A stretch of 64,000 nucleotides of DNA, from the NCBI RefSeq assembly GCF_006345805.1, contig NC_043003.1:76384001-76448000 (forward strand), given 5' to 3'. Below the pieces are notes generated by a model. The model saw nothing but the letters and a program-made list of their open reading frames with translations. It was not told the origin of the DNA and did not search any database. Origin of the DNA: Octopus sinensis (taxonomy: Eukaryota). This document shows, piece after piece, positions 1 through 12,297 of the stretch (position 1 is its first letter; every line of letters begins with the position of its first letter). Both the position numbers and the translations under genes were made by a program.

Positions 1-559
1 CTTTACCATAAATCCTAAAAGTGCCACTCTTTTTCGAATTTTGTTTTTTAATCAGAGTTTAAAATACGGCCTGTCCCGATTCTTTGATTATATCCCAGCA
101 ATGGACAAAATTTGGGTGCATCATCATTTCAGTAAATGTGTTTATGAGGAGAAAAATAATTAAAAAAACCCATCAATATATAGTGATCGTGAGTAGTGCT
201 AAAAATAAAGCTAAAGCGCTCTTAAATCATACACAAAAAATGCGTTTTTCATAATCGTTTAACTTACCGTGTGTCGAACACAAATTCGCGAAAATTTTCT
301 GAAAATTCCAAAAAATAAAAAACGTTATGAAGGGTGATCTAGGGTGCTTAAACCAGAAATCCGCCTCCTGTTTTCCGGGGGTGAAGGTTGGCACAAACTA
401 AGGAAAATCAACTTCAAAACCTTTATCCATTTCGGTATGATTACAAACCCAACATTTTACTCCCAAACAGATAAAGCACTAGAAGTTATTCACATGAACA
501 TCAACAGTGGAAAAGCAAAGAAACGCCACAATGCCGACACAACATGCCCACAATAACTG

Positions 560-1700
560 CAGCTAGTCTGACCCGTCATTCCCATTGACTAATGCTTCAT
601 TCTCTCTCAATATGAGAACCTCTATGCCTCATGTATAAATCTCATTGCCGAAAGAGTCGTTCACATTTTTAGTAACCGCCAAGAGAGACAAATTCAAAAC
701 AAACTGAAGTAAATTACTATTTCATATCGTGCCATAATTAACCGCGTGGATAAACTCGCTCCAGTATTTTCATCAATCACTGCCACGATCAGCAGCAACA
801 ACAACAATTACAACTACCGCAGTAGTTACATCAGTCACAATGACGCCCGCCGCGACAAAATCCTTTCAGCCACCATACCACGAAAGTCTCACCACCAACA
901 TCATCGACATTGTCATTACTGCTCCATACTACTACTACTACTACTGCTACTACTACTACTACCACCACCACCACCACCACCACCACCACTACTACTACTA
1001 CTATACTACTACTACTACTACTACTACTACTAATACTACTACTACTAATACTCATTCTTCTTCGTCTACTTCTTCTTCCACTGTTATAGCTTCTCTCAGT
1101 GACATTACCTGCTCCTCTCTACCTCTACTTTTGACCAATCTCAACTACCCCTTTCTCCCTCCCCTACCACAAGTGCCTGAACGTCAACAGTACCAATCTC
1201 AACTATCTCTATGACTACAGTTACCAGTGTCCAACCACACTTTCCTGCTCATTCTCCAACCTCCACACCCCCAATGTCATCAAAGTTAAAGATATCTAAA
1301 CCCAAAGCATTTTTACAACCTACTGCCCCTTAAGACTCCTACACGTCTGTAACGAAATCCTAACATATGCCACCATTCTTTACATCAGTGGCTATGCACA
1401 TACTGTGACTGCAATTTCACTCATCTACCAGTGATGAGGCGTTCATTTAATAAAAGCTATACCAACAATAGCATCCCTGCTACAACAGAGCCAACACCAA
1501 AATACAAATCTACCGCTATTTCCCAACGCTGGGGATTATATCAACAGCACGGTTGTATATTCACGTATGACCTCGGCACTCGACAGAACACCAAAAGCAA
1601 CACTTCCTGTCAACTGAAGAAAATTCAGATGGAATACTAAACGGTAAACATCCGACAAAACCGTCAGTAATCACAGCTTCAATGATCAGGTTCTCCCTAA
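560..1700 (+). pseudogene. Possible highly decayed Penelope-like ORF remnant (N-terminal/pre-RT region), interrupted by a trinucleotide repeat
   Basis: Broken frames give SSKLKISKPK and LFPNAGDYINSTVVYSR, loosely like the PLE LKISKP and ILPADKGNxTVV motifs. Many stops; recognised by eye only. Confidence 0.25.
927..1050. repeat. Compound (CTA)n/(CCA)n trinucleotide microsatellite
   Basis: Directly visible tactactac...caccaccac...tactactac. Confidence 0.95.
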
Positions 1701-2456
1701 CCAGGTAAAATCTGTTTTTATCCACGCGGAACCTAGCAACATACCTTCAGAAAAATATTTGGGCTTCAGTTGAAATGTTTAGGCCATATTTTGTCTTCTG
1801 AAGGGAAATTAACAATAGTTATCACGAAGAAAATATTCTCAATTATATTAAGTGAATTAAAAACACCATATCTGTACAATGTCTCATTTCAGCGGACTCG
1901 CAGACGGGTTTCTGGCTCCCTCTTCAGTCGGAGATATGAGGTTAGACCACTCTAGGGTGATTGTGAATCCGTAGCTTTATTTTAGAACAGTTCGTATCAG
2001 TAATTGCGCCTGCGGACTATTTGCTCAACATAAAGTGTAGCAGTATTAGTACTAAGCAGTGATAAGGAATAAAAGAACTTTTTGTTTATTGAAATATTTT
2101 CGTAACCTCACACACACACATACAGACGCACATACGGGCAGACAACACACCCACACACGAAGCCGAATATATTTACGATTTATATCATTTCTCCCCGCGT
2201 ACGTTTCACTTTCGTGCTTGTTTGCATGTCCACATCCCAACTAATAATGAAGGTGAAACTGATGTGGAAAAATTTTATGAACACGTATTTCACGTAATTT
2301 CTTCAAAATTTCCTCAGAATCTCATAATACTGTAATATACAGTATTACTACGAAATACAGTTTTAGCCAAACTACCATACTGGACTGTGATAATCAACGT
2401 GGCGCTCTACATTTAACAGCATAAGTCGCACATCTAATTGTAAAAACAAATACATT

Positions 2457-3122
<666 letters not shown>

Positions 3123-3130
<8 letters not shown>

Positions 3131-3495
3131 GAGATAGATAGATAGATAAACCGAGATAGATAGATAGATAAACCGAGATAGATAGATAGACAGACAGATA
3201 GATAGATGGATGGATGGATGGATAGAAGGATAGATAGATAGATAAACATATATATATATATATATATATATATGTAGGCATGTGTATGTATGTATGTATG
3301 TATGTATGTATGTAGGTAGGTAGGTAGGTAGGTAGGTAGGTAGGTAGGTAGGTAGGTAGGTAGGTAGGTAGGTAGGTAGGTTGGTTGGCTGGTAGGCAGG
3401 CAGGCAGGCAGGCATATATGTTGGTAGGTAGGTAGGAAGGAAGGAAGGAAGGAAGGAAGGAAGGACGGAAGGAAGGAAAGAAGGAAGGAATGAAG
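3123..3495. repeat. Compound tetranucleotide array (GATA>GACA>GATG>TA>TGTA>GGTA>GGCA>GGAA) preceded by three 22-bp units
   Basis: Directly visible; the 22-bp unit gataaaccgagatagatagata occurs three times at 3123-3188. Confidence 0.9.
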
Positions 3496-4368
3496 ACAGG
3501 CATGCATGCAGGCAAGCAGAATGAATAACTAAGAAATTCATAGAAACTACAATCCTTCGTTCGAAAGGAGTGCGTGATGTGTTGTAAAATTGACATCATA
3601 GTTTCCTTTTCACCAAAATTAATGAGTGAAATTTGATGGACTATCTGGTAGATTCTATCTAAAAATTATGCTAAGGTTAGACATGATAGTGGAATACGCA
3701 AACATTTCGTTTGATATTGAATGGGCAAGTCATTTAATAAGTAGAATATTTGGCCGCTCATAGTTCTAGATAAATGCTTCGTTCTGAGTGTTTGTACATA
3801 CGTATGTGTATATGCACATTTAAAGGTGCGCCTTTGTATGTAAGAATTGATATATATGATATTGCACAAGGAAGGAAAAAATTGGGTTCTAAATACGAAA
3901 TATAACCATACATTATATGTATTCGAATTTGAATTGAATATTCTTTGCATCGGATTTCACGATCTTAATCCGCGGACAAATGTCAAGCGCAGAAAAACGG
4001 AACCAGTATATAGAAATACACAGGGGAATACTCAAGAATATTAGAGAAAACATTGAAAGCATTTAGAGTCACTCGAATGATGCCTTCAAAATCATTGCTA
4101 CTTTAGCTCTTTTTGGACGGACTAGATAACATATTGCATATACTTTTGTCTTACACACAAAACTGAAATCATAGAAGAAGGAATGGCCGATTGCATCGAT
4201 TCCAGTTCATCACTCGTTCTTAACTTCCCGACTCCAGAATGAATAAAATCTATTTGAAGAACCCAAAACACCGTCTGTTTCTCTGCCGTATGCAAATTTA
4301 AAGTATGTTCATGATTATATTATACTGAAGAAAGATATATTTATGTATTTGTTTCCTGTAAAAACTGT

Positions 4369-4784
4369 GCAGGAGTGGCTGCGTGGTAAGTAGCTTCCTA
4401 ACCAACCACATGGTTCCGGGTTCAGTCCCACTGCGTGGCATCTTGGGCAGGTGTCTTCTGCTATAGCCCCGGGCCGACCAATGCCTTGTGAGTGGATTTG
4501 GTGGACGGAAACTGAAAGAAGCCTGACGTATATATGTATATACATATATATGTGTATGTGTGTGTTTGTGTGTCTGTGTTTGTCCCCCTAGCATTGCTTG
4601 ACAACCGATGCTGGTGTGTTTACGTCCCCCGTCACTTAGCGGTTCGGCAAAAAGAGACCGATAGAATAAGTACTGGGCTTACAAAGAATAAGTCCCGGGG
4701 TCGATTTGCTCGACTAAAGGCGGTGCTCCAGCATGGCCGCAGTCAAATGACTGAAACAAGTAAAAGAGTAAAAGAGTAAAAGAG
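4369..4784 (+). mobile_element. Full-length tRNA-derived SINE (family 1; central domain resembling the Meta domain)
   Basis: A-box-like tggctgcgtggt and B-box-like ggttcagtccc. Central gccttgtgagtggatttggtggacggaaactgaaagaagcc, internal (TG)n, tail (taaaagag)x3. Several diverged copies elsewhere in the window. Confidence 0.9.
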
Positions 4785-6072
4785 AGGTATTTTCTTAGAA
4801 ACTGACAAATTGTAGAAATGGCTGTAGTGTATCATACAAAACAATGAGAAGAAATAAACGTTCTGTTTTACAGTTTCGAAAACAAAAAAATACAATTGCG
4901 CATAAACAGAAACACCAGCAGCAACAAAAATAGCTATAAGAAACAGAGGAACATGAGTCTATATCGTACCACGCGATTTTCATAATTTGGTTTTAGAATG
5001 TAGGTAGGTATAAAAATGTATAAGTATTTGACATAAATATTTTTTCACTGGAGATACTGCCTGCAGTGAAATAATTGCAGGTGACACCTTTTGACTGAAA
5101 GGTGTTGCCTGTAATTTGATAGAAGAAATAAGAGTGAAATGTGACAAAACTTACGAATCTGCACTAATTTCATGAGTGTAAACATATATTTCAAAGCGTA
5201 CGCTTGCATATATATATATATATATATATATGCATATATATAATATATATATACAAAAATATATATGTATAAATATATATATATGTTTACACACACACAC
5301 ACACATATATATATATGCACTTATTTGTGAGTGTGTCTGTGTCCCTTTCCGTATGTACGTTTGTTTTAATGTACAGTGATGTATATGAACAGAATGTGTG
5401 AAACAGTAACCTGAAGGTTAATGTTTCATTAGAATACTTCATTTTATTCTATTTTACATAAACAGGTTGCCACTTACTTCGAAAACGTGGCCATGTAATA
5501 TTGAATGGTCAACAATTTAATTTGGTTTTCCAAGCTTTGTGCTTAATCATATTGGAATACCAGTGTATGTGTGTTGTAAAAGTACTTGTAAAACAAATGT
5601 CATACTCAGAGGAAAATATGCTTAGAGGAAACCCGTTAACATGAATTATAAAATTCGACCTTTCTCTGACCTGTTCTCTTATACAAATATACTGTGCTGC
5701 ACCTACGTCAACATATATTAACAAAACATTAATTCCTGTCACTAAACCTAACCCGAAATACCTAATTAGATTTAACATACCTTCCCAATCAAGCCACCGG
5801 GTGTGACCTGACAGTAACAACAGTATTTTGAACATGTTAATGTGTCAACATTGAAATATTTTAATTTGTCAACATTGAAACTTTTAAAGATACTTTTCTA
5901 ATTGATAATTTTAAACTTGTACTATTCTTAAACAAAAAAAATATTGTTGAAACTAATTTGGTATATATGTAAATAATGTATTTTAAACAATTATGGATTT
6001 TTGAACTTTAGGTGCATTTTCAACAACACATTTCCCTATTTTTTTCCTGCGTGTAAACACCAGTCTATTTTG

Positions 6073-6106
<34 letters not shown>

Positions 6107-6147
6107 TCGCGAATTTATTACATATTAATTTTTCTCTCACCTTTCTC

Positions 6148-6320
6148 TGCTGAGCGGCATTTCGTCTTTATTTTACGTTCTCTGTGCAAATTCCTCCCAG
6201 ACGGACTTTGCCTTTCATTCTTTCGAGATCAATAAAATAAAGTACAAGTTGAGTACTGGGGTCAATGAAGTCGGCCTACCGCCTCCCACGAAATTACTGG
6301 CTTGTGCCAAAATTTGAAAT
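6148..6320 (+). mobile_element. SINE family 2 fragment
   Basis: Shares gactttgcctttcat...agtactggggtc...ggcttgtgccaaaatttgaaa with the other family 2 copies. Confidence 0.8.
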
Positions 6321-7280
6321 CATCATCATTATTATTATTATTGTTGCTGTTGTTGTTGTTGTTGTTATTAGTGTTGTTGTTGTTGTTGTTGTTGTTGCTG
6401 CTGTAGTCGTTGCTGTTGTTGGTGTTGTTATTGTTATTATTTATGGTTTCCTTTCATCTTAACTTTATTTCATCTGCCTAAGTACCGAGCATCCTCCGGA
6501 GACAAAAATCAGCAAGGGCACCACACAACTTCACGAATGAAGAGAGAAAAAACTTCACCACATACAAGCATATAAACAAGGCACACAAACACATACCAAA
6601 CACTTAGGTACAGACACGTGAAGGCACAGATGCATGCACAGGCATGGATGCGTACCACAGAAAAACAAGAGGGACTATTCAGAATAAGGCCAGAAAGAAG
6701 AGGAGACACAGAGAAGAAGAACAAATCTTTGAGAGGATCATTGAAGAGCTGAAGTGAAAGTCAAAAAGTACGTGTGCTTATTGGCAAAGTGACCTTCAAA
6801 TATAACAATATTTGTTGAAACACAAGATTTCACATCGAAAAACATTCAAAACAATTATAGAATCATAAACCACAATTATTTTCTTTTAATTATGAATTAT
6901 TTGTGTATTAACTATGAATTGCTACTATATGAAATCACGAAACTGTAGTCAATCTCCGATGCTGGTAGAAAATTTTGTTACAACTAAGTTTATTCTGTTA
7001 CTTGGTGGGGTCACACAGATGTCCCAAGAAAGTGTGCGGTTTAAACAATAACAGCTAACTCTAATAGCGCGGCACTTACTCCTGCTATCTATTTATGACA
7101 TTATGTTCCTGGTTTTACTTTACATTTGCGTTTTTCCCATTGATGTGCAATACATATTTTAATTAAACTACATTTATAAGGATAAAATTGCTTGAATACA
7201 TACATATGCATATTAATTTCCAACTACATAAACACACACACACACACACACGTACAGGTACATATATACATACACTTACA

Positions 7281-7777
7281 ACTTATCTACTCAAAGACAT
7301 ACAGCATCTCGAAAGAGTCCAGAAGCTGGCTACCCGCATGGTTCATGGTCTCAAAAATTTGTCCTACGAAGAAAGGCTGAGGACGCTCGACCTTTATTCT
7401 CTTGAAAAACGCCGCCGCCGTGGTGATCTCATTCTCGCCCACAACATCATAAGCGGAAAGTGTAAACCTCTCGAAAGAGCTGTTCTTCACTCCTGCTCCA
7501 GAGCGTCGGCTGCGGGGTCATTCTGAAAAGCTCTACCTGCGACGATTTCATCTCAATCGAAGGAGAGGAGCTTTCTCCGTCCGGGTTGCGGATCCGTGGA
7601 ACAAGCTGCCAGACGAGATGGTGAAGATGCCGACGACCGCTTTGTTCAAAGCCTCCCTGGACCTCAAGTGGCCTGAACTCTTTACATGAACACCACCCTG
7701 TACTTAACTCCATGTCCCCCTACATGGCCTTGCTATTTGCTTTTGAGCCAAATTAACTAACTAACTAACTAACTAAC
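7281..7777 (+). mobile_element. Young 5'-truncated CR1/L2-like LINE 3' end
   Basis: [46 protein letters not shown], then after a 1-nt frameshift near 7463 NLSKELFF...RLRGHSEKL...FSVRVADPWNKLP...FKASLD, stop at 7687-7689. 3' tail (TAAC)n at 7754-7777. Confidence 0.9.
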
Positions 7778-8099
7778 AACTGAGTCGTTTTGTGCCGAAT
7801 CATGGCAGCGACCAATGTGAAAATAATTTCAATACGGCCAAGGATTCTGGATTAATTTTCCTGTTTTTTAAAGTTAATTTTTGAGAGCGGTCGGGTTCAT
7901 TTTTAGTATTCTTGTTTGTGAGAGTTGTTAAGTTTATTTTAGATATTCTCATTTTTTAAAAATCATCTCTGGCTAGTCATTGAGAGGACGTTGGTGTTGC
8001 CTCGGCGGAGGTTGGCGCTCTGTGAGTGCTTTTGATATTATTCATTTTGGTCATATTGTACATGTATGTGTGCATTCATCATTATTTAATTTAGTCTGT

Positions 8100-8187
8100 T
8101 CAAATTTTAAAACAATGAAATATTTCCTTGACAATTCAGGAGCGTATTGAACACTTATTTTGTGCGTGACTTTTCGCCCACCCTGTA
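8100..8187. mobile_element. Possible Tc1/mariner-type terminal inverted repeat remnant
   Basis: Ends cgcccaccctgta, i.e. TA-CAGGGTG on the minus strand. No clear partner end found. Confidence 0.3.
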
Positions 8188-9283
8188 GCTATATATTATA
8201 CATGTAAATATAATTATGCCCCAGCAATCTAGTTTAGTAAATTGTTGAAATAATTCGTGTAATTTTAGGAAAGATGCTTAAATATATTTTTTCACATTCA
8301 AAATATTGGTGAGCAAGCAGCTGAAGAAAAAGAAGTCATCAAAGCAAAAATCTATTAACAGTCTCTATTGCGAGACTATCAGGTAACTTTGTATCAGTTT
8401 CCATTACGTCTAGCAAAGATACGCATGCTACTGGAAGACGTGCAAATACTTTGTTTACGTAACCTCACTAATATCAGAAGAAACTACTCTAAAGAAATAA
8501 TTAAAAAAACATAATATTCCAGGGTGATAGTTCTCTGAATGCTGCCCTTGTTCGTTGCAGACGCCGCCTCAATTCTGCAGAGAATGCCTCAAGAAACCCA
8601 CGGGACTGAGCAATGGAGTTAGGTCAACATGTATTGACAAACAGAGTAGGAATATGGTTAACAATGACCTATCTGTATGGGAAATTTCCAGTTATGAATT
8701 ACAAACGTATCTCGAAATAAATACATATGTTACGCGAGTTGGTGAAATATGTAAATTAAAGCACAAAAGGTATTTTTAAGCTCACGTTGAAAGTAGTGAA
8801 AACCAGAGCTGTCCCCAGTCATTAAGACCTAAAACGCTTTTGCTGTACCAGTTCCAGTAGTAACATTTCTAATTCTAAACTCGGCAGATAAAGAGATCCA
8901 CAATGTGGACGTCAATATATATATAGGAGATATGACAGGCAATAGATAACTTTCAACTCAACAGCTACTTTTGATGTTAGAAGGATACTTGGAGCATACG
9001 CGTCAGGTAAGTAGAAAGTATGAAACTTTTACACATTTGCTTGCCTTGTGGTGTGTAACAAATAAATCTCAAAATAAAATCCAGCAGTTTTAAAACAGGA
9101 CTATTTCAGTGGGCTATATAGATATAAAACGGAGAGTCACACTTGGAGCATACAATTAATTGTGTTGATAGATATTCAAGATTGATCATCAGTTACAGAT
9201 TGCCAAATACATTCCTTCACATGCCCAGTTGTTATACAGCGTCTCTGCTCGTTCTCTATTTCTTTCTCTTACATATATATATA

Positions 9284-9708
9284 AAAGTTGGCGCGATGAC
9301 GGTAGATTTTGAAAGTTTAGAGTATATATTCCAGAGGCATCGATGCTGTTGCCTCGTGGAATATATACTCCCCCTGGCTTCTTTGCCGATGAGACGGGCC
9401 AGTGGTAAATTGATTTAATTTAATTTAATTTAATTTAATTGAGCTGGTTTATAAAAAGGACGTCGAAACTATGCATAGTCCAAAGATGATAAGGGTAAAT
9501 GTTTTTAACTTTCCTTTGATTTCTGAATTACTACTATTTAGCGGTTTGAGTTTGGCTGCTCGTTTTAGTGAGTTGAATGGCCTATTAAGGCCATTCCTTA
9601 ATATTGTTGTTGAATGTACATTATATAGTCTGTTGACTATTTTTTCTTTCTCACTAGACCGCTGGTGGCGAAAACATTTCTCTTAAATTTTTTGCTACCC
9701 TTATATTG

Positions 9709-9712
<4 letters not shown>
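9284..9712 (+). mobile_element. (TA)n-inserted non-coding hammerhead-bearing element E1 (PLE pLTR/retrozyme-like)
   Basis: Bounded by TA runs, contains the hammerhead fold at 9380-9486, and ends ...acccttatattgatta(TA)n like E2 and E4. Confidence 0.65.
9380..9486 (+). ncRNA. Type I hammerhead ribozyme (U4C core variant), 64-nt stem II insert
   Basis: Stem I tctttg/caaaga; core CCGATGA 9386-9392; stem II gacg/cgtc; GAAA 9465-9468; palindromic stem III actatgcatagt; GUC site ending at 9480. Confidence 0.8.
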
Positions 9713-9740
<28 letters not shown>

Positions 9741-9747
<7 letters not shown>

Positions 9748-10450
9748 TTAATAAGGGTGAGAGAATTAGATACTAATTTAATAGTATGTCTATTCAACAC
9801 CAAGTGGCCTAGTGCTCCGAGAAACCTGGATTATTATAATATTTTATATATAATATTTTTACAAAATAAATATAAGAGAGTGGTCACTATATGGCTCACT
9901 CTAGCACCAGTTAATCCAAAAGGTTCAACCACAAAAATACATGTTTCCCATGAAAGTCAGTACGATTGTTAGCTCACACAGACAGGGCCAATAAAAAATA
10001 ACAAAAATACAGATTATTTTGGGACAATTGTTTCGCTATAATGAATTAAATGTAATTTTACTTACAAAAAAATCCACTTGTAGCTCGTCAGCCAAAACTA
10101 TCTGGATGAAATCCACTCAATCACACGCCAGATTTTACCATAACGATAAATACGCGTGTGGTTCAATTGATTACATCCGACGTTATAATTCAAATGCCCC
10201 AACTAACAGCGCGCCAAACTTTCACGGAAAACAAAGACTGCATTTAGAAATAAATGTAGCATAATTATAATTAATTAATAAGGGTGAGAGAATTAGATAC
10301 TAATTAATAGTATATCTATTCAACACCAAGTGGCCTAGTGCCCCGAGAAACTGACTTTCATGGGAAACATGTATTTTTGTGGTTGAAACCTTTTGGATTA
10401 ACTGGTGCTAGAGTGAGCCATATAGTGACCACTCTCTTATATTTATTTTA
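9741..10450 (-). mobile_element. (TA)n-inserted element E2 with an upstream partial tandem copy and an inverted segment
   Basis: Segment A 9741-9825 is directly repeated at 10268-10351. Segment B 9863-9960 is inverted at 10351-10449. Minus-strand end acccttattaattaatta(TA)n; hammerhead inside. Confidence 0.75.
10017..10097 (-). ncRNA. Canonical type I hammerhead ribozyme, 42-nt stem II insert
   Basis: Minus strand reads ttttgg CTGACGA gcta [42 nt] tagc GAAA c aatt g TC ccaaaa. Stem III acaattgt is a perfect palindrome; stem I extends imperfectly to about 13 bp. Confidence 0.9.
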
Positions 10451-10462
10451 TTTATATATATA

Positions 10463-10530
<68 letters not shown>

Positions 10531-10585
10531 TATATATATATTATATATATATACATATATATATATATGTATGTATAGATGTATA

Positions 10586-10630
<45 letters not shown>

Positions 10631-10632
<2 letters not shown>

Positions 10633-11151
10633 TCTGAACCCTTTATTACTATTTGATAATTGTATTTCCTCCCAGTAAAAAACCGTAGCATCTTATTTTG
10701 GCAACACGCTGGTGGACAGGGGAAGGTGACTTACTTTCATTCACCCTTTGAATTTGGCCGTACTGGCAGGACTTACGCTCCCTCTGATACCATGAGTTGA
10801 GGTGATGTCTTCTAGTGCCTTCAAATTTAATACACAATTATTAATAATTGAGACGCAATTATTTATAATTGAAGAATCCTACGCTGAAGAGGAAAATAGT
10901 CAGGTAAGACATAATAATTTATTTTTTATGTTCTACAATGACTTAATTCCGAAACGTACGTCCGTAGGTAACTTAATATAGAATGATCTTCGTCATTTCT
11001 TTCTCTTTTACCCGCGTCGTTTGTTTTTTAAGTGCTTTGGTTTTACTGGGATCTCTCTTTTACGTAGAAAGAATAGCCAAACCTTTTTGACTGCTATTTC
11101 TAAATTCGGTGTATGGTGAGGCAAATCGTTGCTGAACCCTTAATTACTTAG
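10631..11151 (+). mobile_element. (TA)n-inserted hammerhead-bearing element E4
   Basis: Flanked by (TA)n on both sides. The terminal motif ctgaaccctt(t/a)attact occurs at both 10634 and 11132. Short inverted pair at 10670-10684/11039-11051. Confidence 0.7.
10878..10968 (+). ncRNA. Canonical type I hammerhead ribozyme, 52-nt stem II insert
   Basis: cctacg CTGAAGA ggaa [52 nt] ttcc GAAA c gtac g TC cgtagg. Stem III acgtacgt is a perfect palindrome; GUC site ends at 10962. Confidence 0.9.
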
Positions 11152-11160
11152 TATATATAT

Positions 11161-11193
<33 letters not shown>

Positions 11194-11230
11194 GTATATG
11201 TATGAATATATATATATATATATATGTATG

Positions 11231-11286
<56 letters not shown>

Positions 11287-11369
11287 GTACACACACATCT
11301 ATATCACATGATTGACTAGCCTATCGGATATGTAGTTATACATAGCTGGATCTTTATTCCCAAAGCGCT

Positions 11370-11600
11370 TTGCATCGTTGTAGCTTTCGAACGACGCCAA
11401 TCGGCTGTGTTGGAAAGCAGGCCTACATTCCCCTGATCAGAACGCAAGTACGTCACAGGGTCTCCCATTTACAGCTGCGTCAACTGGCACAACGTGAAAT
11501 GAAGTGTTTTGCCCAAAAGACAAAACGCACTGCCTGTCTGGTAATCGAAACGACGATCTATTAACAGTGAGTGCTATACTCTTCAACACTAGACCGCGCA
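11370..11600 (-). mobile_element. tRNA-derived SINE family 3
   Basis: cccatttacagctgcgtcaactggcacaacgtgaaatgaagtgttttgcccaaaagacaaaacgca...taatcgaaac is the reverse complement of a tRNA head plus conserved central domain. A degenerate copy lies at 41790-41966. Confidence 0.7.
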
Positions 11601-11638
11601 CCATTGTACATCTGTCTAATTATCTATCTGTCTGTCTG

Positions 11639-11705
<67 letters not shown>

Positions 11706-11798
11706 ATAAACGGTAAGATAACAAAAGAAAGAAGAGACCTCAATATTATGTAAATAGAGGAAATTTATCTATACAATATGTTACATACTCGGTAGTCA

Positions 11799-11861
11799 AG
11801 ATAAAACTCTGAGTTTCAGATGCCGAAGTGGAAATCCACAACACCATCTCTTCGGTTATCT
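11799..11861 (-). ncRNA. Variant hammerhead fold (left-arm copy in E5)
   Basis: Reverse complement of the fold at 12235-12297. Confidence 0.45.
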
Positions 11862-12234
11862 GGCTATTTGAAAACGTTATGAAAAAATACCGTTAAAAAT
11901 GAAGGGAAATTACTCTGTTATAACTCTGCTTTGCCTGCGTACTTATACATCGCTCGCATTTTTCGTCATAAAAATTATATAAAAATACATAAAAATATAT
12001 AAAAATATATAAAAAATATATGAAAATATAAAAAAATATATAAAAATATAAATTTTATTAGATTTTATAGATTTTATATATTTTTATATATTTTTATATA
12101 TTTTAATGTATTTTTATATAATTTTTATGACGAAAAATGCGAGCGATGTATAAGTACGCAGGCAAAGCAGAGTTATAACAGAGTAATTTCCCTTCATTTT
12201 TAACGGTATTTTTTCATAACGTTTTCAAATAGCC

Positions 12235-12297
12235 AGATAACCGAAGAGATGGTGTTGTGGATTTCCACTTCGGCATCTGAAACTCAGAGTTTTATCT
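12235..12297 (+). ncRNA. Variant hammerhead fold (U4C, extra U before GAAA, GUU site)
   Basis: agataa CCGAAGA gatg [22 nt] catc t GAAA c tcaga g TT ttatct. All three stems pair, but the core has a 1-nt insertion. Confidence 0.45.

Noticed and set aside
746-1214. ORFs with poly-L/P/Y/H/T runs
   Set aside because: Translations of trinucleotide microsatellites, open on several frames; no protein evidence.
1745-1800. Strong-looking minus-strand splice signals around a 53-nt segment
   Set aside because: All three frames contain stops, and the signals arise from a local inverted repeat (ccttcagaa/ttctgaagg).
1895-1935. Minimal hammerhead-like string on the minus strand (ctccga CTGAAGA gggagcca GAAAC cc GTC tgcgag)
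   Set aside because: Stem II does not pair and stem I has two mismatches next to the core; at best a dead remnant.
4369-4440. tRNA-like A/B boxes
   Set aside because: SINE heads, not tRNA genes: no cloverleaf, and they continue into a repeat body.
5509-5835. 108-aa minus-strand ORF
   Set aside because: No recognisable family and it reads through apparent splice signals; only the 27-nt microexon is kept, as a weak candidate.
8965-9006. 42-nt plus-strand exon-like segment (caacag|...CAG|gtaagt)
   Set aside because: Good signals, but no partner exons and an ambiguous frame; cannot be supported as a gene.
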